From NCBI RefSeq assembly GCF_006345805.1, contig NC_043001.1:29698001-29762000 (forward strand): a stretch of 64,000 bases of DNA, read 5' to 3'. The DNA is from Octopus sinensis (lineage: Eukaryota). The notes below the pieces were generated by a model. That model did no database searches, had not been told where the DNA came from, and saw only the letters and a list, made by a program, of their open reading frames with translations. How positions within the stretch are numbered: position 1 is the stretch's first letter; each line of letters opens with the position of its first letter. The translations under genes were made by a program, and so were the position numbers. This document shows positions 13,225-27,811 of this stretch, in pieces.

Positions 13225-13269
<45 letters not shown>

Positions 13270-14332
13270 CCTCTGCTGGTGACAAAAGGCCTCTCGCACA
13301 GAGTGAAAGGCAGACTGTATGATGCGTGTGTACGAACAGCCATGCTACATGGCAGTGAAACATGGGCCGTGACTGCTGAGGATATGCGTAAGCTCGCTAG
13401 AAATGAAGCCAGTATGCTCCGATGGATGTGTAATGCCGGTACTCACACTCGGCAGAGTGTAAGTACCTTGAGAGAAAAGCTGGACCTAAGAAGCATCAGT
13501 TGTGGTGTGCAAGAGAGACGTTTGCGCTGGTATGGTCATGTGGCGAGAATGGATGAAGATAGTTGTGTGAAAAAGTGCCACACCCTAGCGGTTGAGGGAA
13601 CCTGTGGAAGAGGCAGACCCAGGAAAACCTGGGACGAGGTGGTGAAGCACGACCTTCGAACTTTAGGTCTCACTGAGGAAATGACTAGAGACCGAGACCT
13701 CTGGAAGTGTGCTGTGCGCGAGAAGACCCGGCAGGACAAGTGAGTCCACAACCCGTGGCCTTCTACATGGGATGGAGCCAGCCTACGTATGCATACCTTC
13801 CCTTCTTGGGACACAAAACTCTACTTGTGAAGACGTGTTGAGGCAAGTGAGGATCAGAATCGAAATCGATCAATGGAAATTGCGGATGTGCTACCAGTGC
13901 CGGTGGCATGTCGAAACTCTGCTTGTGAAGACCCATTGAGGCAAGTGAGGATCAGAATCGAAATCGATCAATGGAAATCGATCAATGGAAATTGCAGATG
14001 TGTTACCAGTGCCGGTGGCATGTAAGAGAACTTTCCGTTTCGCGACCGTTGCCAGCACTGCCCCGTTTCGTGTCCGTTGCCAGCCTCGCCTGGCCCTCGT
14101 GCCGGTGGCACATAAAAAGCACCATCCGTTCGTGGCCATTTGCCAGCTCTGTCTGGCACCAGTGCGGGTGGCACGTAAAAAGCAGCCACTACACTCACGG
14201 AGTGGTTGGCGTTAGGAAGGGCATCCAGCCGTAGAAACACTGCCAGATTTGACTGGGCCTGATGAAGCCTTCTGGCTTCACAGACCCCAGTAGAACCGTC
14301 CAACCCATGCTAGCATGGAAAACGGACGCTAA

Positions 14333-14365
<33 letters not shown>

Positions 14366-14489
14366 ACATATATGAATCACTGCAATCACTCCCTTGATTA
14401 ATCATGCTTAGCTTACACTTGTTTTCTTGAAACAACAGTGACCATATTGTAAGAATATAGACAAATCCATTTTTGTTCAGGCTGTGTTT

Positions 14490-14552
<63 letters not shown>

Positions 14553-15481
14553 AGAGAGAGAGAGAGAGAGAAAGATAGAAAGAGAGAGAGTGAGAGATTG
14601 TATGAGCATGTTTTTTCTTTCCCTTTTTTATTATTATTTTCTTTATTCTTAGAAGGAAGGGGCTCATTTCTGATAAAGAAACAAAGATACATTGTTGAAA
14701 TCTTGATGACAACAATGATAATTGTTGAACTTTAGAAAAGTCTTGCATGTTGTTATTGTTTCGTTGACACATATGTGTATTAACTGGTCTCTTTATTTAA
14801 AATCCTAGTTTTGCAGATTGCTACTTAGACATGATAATATAGACAAGTGCACCAACAATTTTAGAGATGAACGGAACAAGGGTTAGGTTAAGAGTTATGT
14901 CCCTTGGCACTAAAATGCCATGTATTATATGTGCTTTGTTTTCAGTCGAGTGGGGGCCTAAAAGCCACATAAACATCTGTGTTTATTAGTGTGTTTTCCT
15001 TCTTTTATGTCGTCACCTTGCAACACCCACTAGAGGTGGTGTTTTGATACCAAGAGACATAAATTAAACTTTAAATTAATCCTTGCTCGGTTCATTTCAT
15101 CGTCTTTCTTACTGCAACCACAAGCAGGCTGTGTCTGTTCACCTCCAACAACAGAGAGCAGTTGCCATATTTCATTCCATAACTATTGTCTCTGATGAGT
15201 GCAGGGTTACACAATCAGACTGTTAAATAACACTCTATTGAACACCTAGTGTAAAACCAATTGGTAAGATCAGCCAAAATAGATTTATAATACTGTACAC
15301 TTCAATTAATACACACACACACACACACATATATAATTCTGAGAAAAAGGAGGCAGTCAGAATTTTGGATAATTCTTTATTAGCCCTTTCATTCATTTAA
15401 ACGAACTCTTCAAGACAAAAATTCTGACTACCTCTTTTATCTCAATATACAATATCTGTGCACCACTTCAAACACTATGTG

Positions 15482-15529
<48 letters not shown>

Positions 15530-15598
15530 TGGATAGATAGAAAGAGAGACAGACAGATAGATAGATATACACACACATATACATACATACATACACAC

Positions 15599-15654
<56 letters not shown>

Positions 15655-15855
15655 ATGTATATATGTTAATCAAAGTGCCCATTTATAATATAATCAATTA
15701 CAGCTAGTCTTACCAATTGGTTTCACACTAGGGGTTTAATGGAGTGTTAGTTAACAGTCCAATTATGTAACTCTAGACTCTTCAGAGATGGCAACTAAGG
15801 AATGGAATATGCTGACTGCCAGTATCTCTCTATATATTTACCTACTTATCTATCA

Positions 15856-15887
<32 letters not shown>

Positions 15888-16492
15888 CCCATGTGCTTTT
15901 CTCCTGACTATCCATTCCTTCTTCCTTTTCTTCCACTAACCAGTAAAGAACTACACTTGAAACATCATATTTTTACTTTTAACTTACCATCAAAATCCTT
16001 CACTAAATGTCAAACTAATATACTTACTCTGTACATCCGTTTGGCTTCATTAGTTTACGTTTTTGTCCTTGAATGTGCTGATCATTACAAATCTGCACAC
16101 ACACACACACACACACATACACATACACACACACGCGCGCGTCACATCACATACATAGACATACACACACGTAAACACACATATATATATATATAATTTT
16201 ACTTGAAATTGTTTACATAATGATGGTCTCTAGACTCTTTTGAAATATTTAGTCTATAAGCACCAAGGATTTATTAAGGGACTAGTATATTCAAAAATTT
16301 GTTACCTTTGAATCAGCATCTGTAGCTCTTACACTGATGATGGTTTCGCCAGGTGATAAGGTTTCATTTATGACGGCATTGTAAATCTGTTTGTCAAATA
16401 TTGGGGTATTCCTATTTCTGTCTACCGTCACCAATACTAAAACTGTTTTCTTACGAGGTGGAACACCATTGTCTGCAGCTTCTACCACAAGC

Positions 16493-16537
<45 letters not shown>

Positions 16538-16923
16538 CATGAGGATTTCAAATTTCGGCACAAGGCCAGCAAGTTTTAAGGGGAGGGCTATGCATTTGAA
16601 TGGTACTTATTTTATCAACCTCAAAAGGCTGAATGATGACAAAGATGTCCTTAGCAGAATTTGACCTCAGAACATAATGACAAATGAAATGCATCTAAGC
16701 TTTGTGTCCAGCATGCTAATGATTCACTGCTTGATGATGATGATGATGATGATGATGACAATGATGATGGTGATGATGATGATGACGATGATGATGATGA
16801 CAACTATAATTATAGTAGCTGTTTCTAGTATAAGCAAAAGATCTGAAATTTGAAGGAATGGTCAGTTGATTACATTGAAAATTAAAATATTTCACAACAG
16901 TATATACGCATACTAAACCATCA

Positions 16924-17009
<86 letters not shown>

Positions 17010-20000
17010 CACATCAACATACACAGATGGATATACACAGGACTAGTGTATGCAGGACTAGTATATAGTCCTGTAGCTTTATGCCTCCCCTCCCCTAGTC
17101 TTACTCATTTCTTTAGCTATCTATTGCTTATAAGATCATTACCTTTTCTTTTTCTTCCCCCTCTATGTATATGTGTATTTGTGTGTATATTTACATCTTA
17201 CATATATATGTCTGCATATGAATGTGGTCTATGTATATCCATCTGTGAATTTTGATGTATATATCTATATTGATGGTTTAGTATGCATATATACTGTTGT
17301 GGAATATTTTAATTTTTAATCGTATTAATTGAATTATATTTCATATATAATTAATGATAATACGTATTTTGAATCTGCTCTTCGATTCAATTATTTTGTT
17401 TATTTTGTTTATCGCATGCATAAGACCGTTATTTAAAAGGACCAATGAAACAAGTCCATTTTTAAAGGTGTATCCTTTAACTAGTTTTGAACATATCGTT
17501 ATTTCTGTTCTACTTTAGCAAAACTGTCCGATGAACAGAAACGTGAAACTCTGAGTAACAGCTTTTGTTATATTTTCTGCTACTTTGAAATAAAGCATAT
17601 TACTCTACCTCTGGTATTTGAGTACTCATCTTTTCCACCTTGTTTCACACTTATGTGCTTACTCCGGTATATATATATATATATATATATATTGTGGGTC
17701 ACACATCACCCAATCCTGTTTGGTATATTGACACCTCTTGGACACCACTACCCAGCTCTTATGCATTGAGAATTTGTCATAGAACTTTCTAGTTGAACTA
17801 CCAGTCCAGAAATTTATCAAGGATTTTGTTCAGAATCCTAGATCTAAAGGCCCACTCATATATCTTAGTCTAAAGATTCTGGCATGCATTCTTATTGCGC
17901 CTTTGACAATCAAGTGCAAAGTAACATTATGAATAGGGGAAACTTTCTTCTCCCTTGCTGAGCACACTGATTTCTGCAAATATCTAAAAAATCTCAGTTA
18001 TTTTTGCTTTAATTCTTCAAATTCCATTCCCATATTCTCTTGTCTTTCCATTAATCATTCATTAATTAAACTTATTTGTGGCAGGGTGGTGGGTCTCCAT
18101 TGGCCCACAATGAGGAATCAGTTGTTCAATCATTTGAATTACCTGCTCCTGAAGTAATGTGTAAGTGACTGAGTATTCCACAGACATATGTGGCCTTAAC
18201 TTAATTTTCAAACAGAATCAATGTGGCATAGAGTGTGACAAGGCTGTATCTATTACATTAGAGGTATAGTTCACCTGATGGGCTTCTATACAGTCTCCAT
18301 CAACCCAATTTCATTCACAAAATATGGGTTAACCAATAGCTACAAAAAAAGACTATTGTCCAAGATGCCTCAAATTGGGATCAAACCCAGAACTGCATAG
18401 CTGTGAAGCAAACTCATTAGCCTTTCATCCATGTTGCATCTACAATAAAACTTACCAGCATGCTTATGAAAGAGGAAGTATAAATAGTATAACATTATGG
18501 GTAAATTACAATTTCATATAATGAACTCTGTAACCTTGGATTATATTTTCTGAGTGAATTTCCTTTCTAAAATATTATTATTGATCATTATCAATTTTAT
18601 TATTTCATTTAAGATATTGTTATCTTATCAAGAAATCTAAATTTAGTTTTAATTCTTCTAGCTTCTGTTGTCAGATTTTGTTATTGCTTAAGCCCAAGAC
18701 AACTTGATCAAACAGATTGATGATCAAAGTCTGACTACAACCATCCCATCTTTGTAGAAGTTCATAGAACAATATTATCTGATGTTTTCTCTCCTTTTCT
18801 GTCATGTTTTCTCTCCTGCTATTTTTAGCAGACCAAGACAGTGTGTGAGAAAAATCTGTGATGTCATAGGAGAGAAATGTGTCTGCATGGAGTATGGTGC
18901 CCTTGTGCTTAATGATTCTGCAAAGAAAGAGGCTTGGAGATGCCATTATGAAAGACTGCTGAATGTGGAGAATGAATGGGAGGAGGAGAGTCTGCTAAAG
19001 GTTGACCCAATTGAGGGACCAGCTACACAAATTGACAGTACCCTGGTAGATAAAGCAATTAAGGATATGAAGACAGGGAAAGCACCTGGCCCATCAGGAA
19101 TCACCGCTGAGATGCTTAAAATATCAGGCAGTGTGGGTTATGGTTTTGTCACCTGCATCGTAAATCCAGTAGTTTATGAAGGAGTCATACCCAATGACTG
19201 GTGTAGCAGCACTATAGTCAACTGCTCCAGACCTCAGTCAAACCATCCAACCCATGCCAGCATGGAAAACGGATGTTAATTGATGATGATGATGATGATG
19301 ATGATGCGTAGCCATGTGGAGACTCCTCTATTTAACTTACAAAAGGATAAATTTCTTCTGTTTACAGTTCAATACAACCATGGTTAATGGCTTAGTAATG
19401 AAACAGTAATTTCAGGTCTTACAATGCCAGGGTTACATGTTCCAGACAGATTACTCTAAACAGCTGAAGAAAGGTATAAATTACTGTGTGGCAAAAAATA
19501 TAAAATTGTGGAACCAGATTTGACTTTCTCAAGAATTATACATTCAGTCTGCATTTTTGTACTACAATTCCTTACTATATCACATGAGATTTATCAGAAA
19601 ATCATCCAAGCCTCTGAGTAACAGAAAAAGGAATGTGTGAGATAGTGAAAAATGATTCCTGAACAAAATACTTACTGTATATTCTAATTCAGATTCCTTT
19701 GTCAAGTCAGCATTGCTTTTCAGTGAAATTTGGCCTGTAGTTCGGTCAACATCAAACAATGTCAAACTCGCATCAATTCCCATCAGAGTGTAGGATATCT
19801 GGTTATATTTTAGATCCTGAGAAAAGCAAGGGGCATGATTTAATTTATAATAATACAATAATAGAATCATTTTAAAAAAATCATATCCTTTATCAAACAA
19901 TTTACAATGGCAAAAGGTATGTGCAAATATGGTTATGTGGTAAAAAAAAAAGTTGACTTTGCCAGTCTAAGCATATTCAGATATTGATGTTACATTCTGT

Positions 20001-22141
20001 AATTTAATATTTTTAAAAGTTTGTCGATGTACTGTATATCTGTACTTAAATGTATTTGATGTACATCACAGTATTAGTCTTAATGCCTTAGCATTCAGGT
20101 TACTCTGTCAAATGTAATGCTTATTTATTTTATATTGTTTTGAATTAATGAGGCATTTATCTTGCAGATTCAAGATTTTGATGATGGGATCGTTTATTTT
20201 TTTAATGTAAACGTGTGAGAAGCCAGATCTGACCAGTTTGAACATATAACGGGTAGAATATTTGGATCAGATGTGACCAGTTTAATTGCTAAAGAGTTAA
20301 ACTGAAATAGAGCATAATTGGAACAGCTCTTGCATACAGAGAGAATATAAAAGAGTGTAGAAGAAGGCTTTAAATATATATATATATGTACATTAGTCAT
20401 CTAAAAGACCATAAGTGAAGGAAAAGATGATCTATCAATAGAGTGGGTATATTTTCCGAAATATATAGTATTATATAGCCATCATGGCTGATCTTACCAA
20501 TCAGTTTCATGCAAAGAATACAATGGAGTGTTAGGTAACCTTACACTCATCAGAGTTAGCCTATATGGAAGGGAATATGGCAACTAGAGAGCAGTCACCA
20601 TATTCCCTTCCATATCAACTAACTCTGATGAGCGTAAGGTTACATAATTGGACTGTTACCTAATACTCCATTGTAGTCCTTGCATGAAACTGATTGATAA
20701 GATCAGCCATGATGGATATATAATATTATACATTTCAGATAATATATAGGTGCATGGCTCAGTAGATAAGGTGTTGTACTCACAATTGCAAGATAGTGGG
20801 TTTGATTCCCAGACTGAGCATTGCGTTGTGCTCTTGAGCAAAGCACTTCATTTCATGTTGCTCTGTGATCATTTCATCATCTGACATGTGGCACTCATTG
20901 CACCTGTACAGGTAATGTCGATTTGATGGAGGGAGTGAGCTTATGTGTACACAAACATTTGATCACTATAAAAAAATCATCTGTGTGGTTGTTCAATAAG
21001 AAATTGTCAAACCTTCATATATCGTCTAATGACGGGAAAGTCCATCATATGTGATATATATATACATATATATATTGGGAAGTTGATTGTTATGGCTGGT
21101 CAGAGAGTGACCATTGGTTTCACAACTTTAAACATCTTAGCTGTACAGGCTTCTTTTTCATATATATGAACTACTGATGATATGGAACGTTAATGGTAAA
21201 AAATGATTATGATGATATATAAATTGCGATATATATTAAACACAACAGTTATACACATACTCACATGCACACACTCATATGCAAATAAAATCTTTATACT
21301 TACATTATCGTTTGCTTTGACAGAGGTGATAATAGATCCTGGTGAGAAATTCTCAGAAATTGTTACCTTATACACAGATTTTGTAAATGTAGGTGTGTTC
21401 AAATTTCTTTGTACATTTACTGGAATTGTTAAAAATGTATTTGTAGTTCTTGAGGGATTTCCTAAATCAAAAGCTTGTAATTGAAGCTGGAAAGAGAAAT
21501 ATAAAAAATGAAAAATACCACTCTACAATGAAAAAACTTCTGGTAGTATAAAAAACACAATTGAAGGGTTTCCTATATCAATGACTTTGATGAGAATTAT
21601 CTGAGATATCTTCTGAGGGCACTGAATAGATAATAATTACGAATTTTTTCTTTTTTTTTTCCTAGATGAAAGGTGTTTTTCCATCAGGATAATGCTCAGC
21701 CACATACAACGAGGATGACATTCCAAAGGCAGGAGCAATTTGAATGGGAAAAGTTTGTCCCACCCACTATATTTGCTGGACATTGCCCCATCTGATTATC
21801 ATTTATTCAGCAGTCTTCAAAATCATTTGGATGGAAAAAATATCAATTCTGTAGACAAGGTTAGAACAGTATTGGAGAAGTATTTTTCATCACGGAATTT
21901 TTCATCTAGTGAATTTTGGAAGAGGGGCCATGCAAGTCCACCAGATAGATAGAAGAGTGTTGTAGAAAATGAAGGAGAATATATTTTAGATTAAAATAGA
22001 ACTTTGTTTATCTTAATTTGGGAAATTAAAAGAAGTATAAAAAATCTGCATTGTTTATGAGATGATCCAATACATGCAGACACACACACATGCACATACA
22101 TATATAAATGTTTGCTGTTTGTATGTAAATATATATATGTG

Positions 22142-22234
<93 letters not shown>

Positions 22235-22283
22235 GTATATATATATGTATATATATGTATATATATATATGTACATATATATG

Positions 22284-22316
<33 letters not shown>

Positions 22317-22323
22317 GTATATA

Positions 22324-22377
<54 letters not shown>

Positions 22378-25300
22378 TATATATATGTATATATGTGTGT
22401 GCATGTATATATATATATATATAGTACAGTTTATATATCATATATGAAGAAAATCAAAATGAATTGAATTCATTGTTTAAAATACTTTTCAATTATATAA
22501 GCTTCAATCAATCATACCTGATAGCTTGTAGCTGAGTCTGATAACAGTGATGATTTCAATGAAACTTCTCCATCAGATGAAACAGTGAAGTACTTGAGAG
22601 CATCTGTGTCACCAACAATTCTGTAGGAAACTTCGTTGTTCGGTTTCTGCAAATATATATGTATATATGAACATTAAGACTGGAGGAATGAAAGGTGAAT
22701 ATATATCTATTTAACCACATAACAACCTTACGGTTATAGCCATTTCACAACCCTTTCATGTAGTATCAATTTCTGTATGAAAAAAATTATGCATATGTTT
22801 GCATTAGTATGTTCAACAATATACAATACTTCTGTCATCGTCATCATCATCATCATCGTTTAACGTCCGCTTTCCATGCTAGCATGGGTTGGATGATTTG
22901 ACTGAGGACTGGTGAACCAGATGGCTGCACCAGGCCCCAATCTTGATTTGGCAGAGTTTCTACAGCTGCATGCCCTTCCTAACGCCAACCACTCTGAGAG
23001 TCTAGTGGGTGCTTTTATGTACCACCGGTATGAGGGCCAGTCAGGCGGTACTGGTATCAGTCATGGAAAATCGTGTTTTCCTTTTACGTGTCACCTGCAC
23101 ACCGGCACAAGTGCCAGTAAGGCGATACTGGTAACGATCAAGCTTGAATGGTGCTTTTTGCATGCCACTGGCACGAACGCCAGATAGCCACTCTAGCAAC
23201 GATCATGCTTGGATAGTGCTCTTAGTGCTCCACTAGCATGGGTGACAGTCATTGAATTTGATTTCGATTCTGATTTCACTTGCCTCAACAGGTCTTCGCA
23301 AGCAGTGTCCAATGAAGGGAAGGTACGCATAAGTGGGCTGGTCTGTATTTATAAATTTATGTGAATAATGAAAGCTAGCTCATCATATGGCCGAAATATA
23401 CATACATATATATGATGGCCTCTCCCATCAAAGATGACATATGAGCATTCAGCTTTTGCTAAATGACTTGCACAAATGATTTGTTTATAGTAATCAAATG
23501 TTTGTGTCACACATTAGCTCACTCTCCATCAAATTGACATTGTCTCAACAGGTGCCCTGTGTACCTTGGGTCAGTTGTCAAAGCGATCACAGAACTCAAG
23601 AACACAATACACCACTCAGCCTAGGAATTGAAACCACAACCTCTAGATCGTGAGTGCAACATTCTAACCACTAGGTTTATTAAGACTTTATATGACTTTA
23701 AAATAAGGATGGTTCATTGTACATCCATGAAGCTTGTTTATTACAGTCATATATGCAATATATTCTCTTTAAAACTCTGTCAGACATGTGTTTCTCCTGC
23801 ATAAGTATCCTAGGATGTGATATCCAGTAGCATCCTGCCAGTTCAGTGGCATTTTGATTTCATCCAAGATAAATGTATCCATGCAACTTTATTCAAGTTA
23901 TTACTATTATGAGGCTTTGAAGCAAACTGAAGTATAAGGAATTGTGATGGTCTTATTCTATGTGTGCTTTAGATGGAGAATGTGTGTGTTTATCAGAGGT
24001 ATTTGAGAAATATAATATGGCTGTAAAGTTCATTATCATTTAACCCTAGAGTGACTTGTTGATTAGAAGGGGTATTGTGAGAGAATTTTGATGTCAGGGA
24101 AGTGCAAACTAGGTCAAAGTGTATTTTCCGAACAGTATATATATCATCGTCATCATCATAACCATTTTCATCATCATCCTCATTGTCACCCTCATCATTA
24201 TCATCGTCATGCTGGCAAGAGTTGGATAGTTTGACCAGTGCCGACAAGCTGGAGAGCTGCAACAGGTTCCAGTCTGATTTGGCTTAGTATCTACAGCTGG
24301 ATACCTCTCTAGTGAGAAAAGAGGAGGAAAATATACTTAAATTGGGCTCTGGTCTGCCTGCTCTTAACAAGGTGGAGTATTCTGCTGAAGGTACTCAAGC
24401 TTCCAGGTTAACTGAGTGATGGATTAAATTTATCATCCACGTAAATCGCCCTTGGTGAGATTTAAACTCAAAATACAACAAACCGGAACATATATTACAA
24501 GTTATTTAGCACAACAATCCATCACACTGGACTGGTACTCTCAGGCATAGGCATGGTTGTGTGGCTAAGAAGTTTATTTTTCAACTACATGGTTTCAGTT
24601 TCAATTCCACAGCATAGCACCTTAGGCAATGTCTTTCACTGAATCCCTAGGTCAACCAAAGCCATGTGAGCCGATTTGATTGATGGAAACTGAAAGAAGC
24701 CCTTCCCCATCTCTATCATCCATGACTCCACCTCCATACATTGTTGCAAACTCTACCCTTATTAGCTCATATTCAGCTTCTTGTACTTTCAGGATCTGCC
24801 TTGACATTTCACCTGTATTTTATTTCTCTTTCCAGCCCCACTCCAATCATTATTTCAATCATGAATTGCTTCTGGTTCTACTCAACTCCAAACCAAGCTC
24901 ATGGCTAAGGTGGTCCTCTGAAACATCTCATTTTAATTTCACCCTTATTTTTATTTTTGTATATACTCAAGAAGGTTGAGAAAAACCTGATTACAAAAAG
25001 GAGCCACATCAAAAGATTTATTAAAGTGTTTAGGCCCAAAACATTTAAGAATCAAGTGTGATTCCCTCAGCCATAACCTACATTTGTTTAAATTAGCATT
25101 AAAGTAATGCTTAAATTAACAGAAAGTGCTGAGTGACCAGTCCTAATCTAATGACACAAAATATTTACACACACAGACATATGATGGACTTCTGCATAGT
25201 TTCCAGCCAACCAATTCACTTAGAAAGCATTCATTGGCCTGTGGGGATACAGTCTCATTGCACAACATCTTGGCTAGGCAAGTGTCTCTCTTATAGCACC

Positions 25301-26020
25301 AAGCTAACCAAAGACTCATCAGTGGATTTGGTAGACGGAAACTGAAAGAAGCCTGTCATGTGTGTGTGTGTTTGTGTACGTGTGTATGTGTTTGAGGGCA
25401 TACAGATTTGTATAAATAAGCATCATCATGAGGCAAGCATGGAAAAATGGACATTAAATGATGATGATGATGATGACGACGACGACGACAACAACGAGGT
25501 GGAAGAGTAGGAGGAGGAGGTTACTTACATGTAAATCTTTATCAGTAGCTATCACTTTCAGAAGACTTCTGCCTACTTCTTCATCTTCACCAATGTTTAT
25601 TTGAAAAGATGTTGAAAGCCAATCTGGAGAATTCAAATTACGATTAACATTCACTGTGATGACAGTTGTCGCAGAACGAGCCGGACTGCCATTGTCCTTA
25701 GCTAAAACACGTATCTGAAATTATAAAGGAAAACAAATCAACAAGACTAAATTTATATCTTTTATCTTTTACTTGTTTCAGTCACTAGCCGGCAGCCATG
25801 CTGGGGCACCACCTTGAAGGGTTTACTTGAAGGGTTTACTTGAAGGGTTTACTTGAACAAATTGACCCTGGTGCTGATATTTTTAAAGTATGTAACTTAT
25901 TTTATTGGTCTCTTTTGCCAAACCACTATGTTACAGGGACATAAACTGACCTACACCAGTTGTCAAGCAGTGTGGAGGACAAGCAGAAACACAAAGATAC
26001 GCACACACACATACACACAT

Positions 26021-26060
<40 letters not shown>

Positions 26061-27768
26061 TTAAATACATTATAAGGAAAAGGGAAATTATGTAATGAAC
26101 TTCATTAGCTTACAGTTGTTTCTGCTAGGACAAACAGTGCACTTTGAGTTAGGTGCTTGTGCATCACCTTATAGCTTCCTCAGAGCTTCTAAAGTGAAAT
26201 GTAAGTTTATTTGCTTGCATTAAATGCTCTGCATCTTATAGCAGAAACAACTGCATACTACAGTATACTTTGATTAACATGTGGGTGTGTATGTGTGTGT
26301 GTACATGCATGAGTGTGAATGTGCATGTGTGTGTGTGTCTGTGTATGTGTGTGTGTGTGTGTGTGCGTACGTACAAAAGGCCTTCTCAGTTTCTGTCTAT
26401 CAATTTCACTCATAAGATATTGGACAACCTACAGCTATAGCAGAGTGTGTTAGACAACAATATCCATGTAATAGGAATGAACCTCAAAGTAGATTCAAAA
26501 CAAACTTCTTAACCAAGGCTGTGTGGTGAGAATTTTGCTTCCCAGTCACATGACATTGGCTTCAGCTCCTCTGCATAGCACCTTGGGCAAATGTCTTCTA
26601 TTATAGCTTTGGGCTGACCAAAGCTTTGTGAAGTGATTTGGAAGACAGAAACTGAAAAGAAGACCAATGTGTATATGCATGTGTGTGTGTGTGTGTGTCT
26701 TTGTCTTTGTGTCTGTCCCCTACAAAAGCTTTACAACCAGCATTGGTTTGTTTACATCCTCATAACTTTGTGGTTTGACTAAATAGACTGATAGAACAAA
26801 CACCAGGCTTTAAAATAACAAGTCCTGGGTCAATTCATTTGATTAAAAACCCTTCAAGGTAAGGGTATTGCCCCAGCATGGCTGCAGTTTAATGGCAAGT
26901 AGAAGAGAAAATAAATAAACGAAATAAATAAATACAGCCACACATATACACATGCACTCACACACATACATAGATATCTTTGTCATTCACTGTGTTTTGT
27001 CATGGAGAAAATTTCTCACTGCAGACATATTTGTGTAAATGCACCCAAGCCATCTTGTACTCTTTATTTCAGTCTTCATATCTACATGAGTCTCATACAC
27101 TGATCTGTTATAGCAGAATTTTGGTGAAAGAAACAGAAATAGGAAATTTACCTTGAATGGAGTTATTGAAGTTGCAGATAAAAACTTTGCTGTTTCTATC
27201 AGGCCTGTAGTACTATCAATTTTGAAAAAGTTTTTAGCTTCACCATCTCCAATTATGGAGTAAGTAATGACATTAAATTGAGGCTGAAATTCAAAGAGTA
27301 AATTGAGTAATTAAGATTAAAAAAATTTTTTTTTTATTTAAAGATATATTTTACAGCATTTAAACAATCAAGTAATAATATCACAGTAGATTACAAACTC
27401 TGTCTTCAAAAAAATTTTTAGTTATATTGCCTTCAACAATTTTGGGTGAGAGGTTAAGTCAATTACATCTGCCCCAGTTCTGAACTGGTACTAATTTTAT
27501 TGACCCCAAGAGGATGAAGGTCAAAGTCGATCTTGGTGGAATTTGAACTCAGAATGAAGAGGTCAATGAAATACTGTTAAGCATTTTGTCTAATGTGCTA
27601 AAGATTCTGCTTCACTGGCATATAAGATGTGCTTTTTTGTCTTTTGAATGTATCAAAAAATAGTCCTGCTTCTAATATGATGTAGGTTAGGGTGTCAGAT
27701 GAACATAAGTTCACTAGGTACAATAACTGTTTTGTCTTGTGCTTTTTTTCAGCTTCAGGTACTGCACA

Positions 27769-27811
<43 letters not shown>

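Noticed and set aside
13099-13743. 214-aa ORF as a gene
   Set aside because: It is a chance fusion of a palindrome arm, (TA)n and a truncated RTE ORF end.
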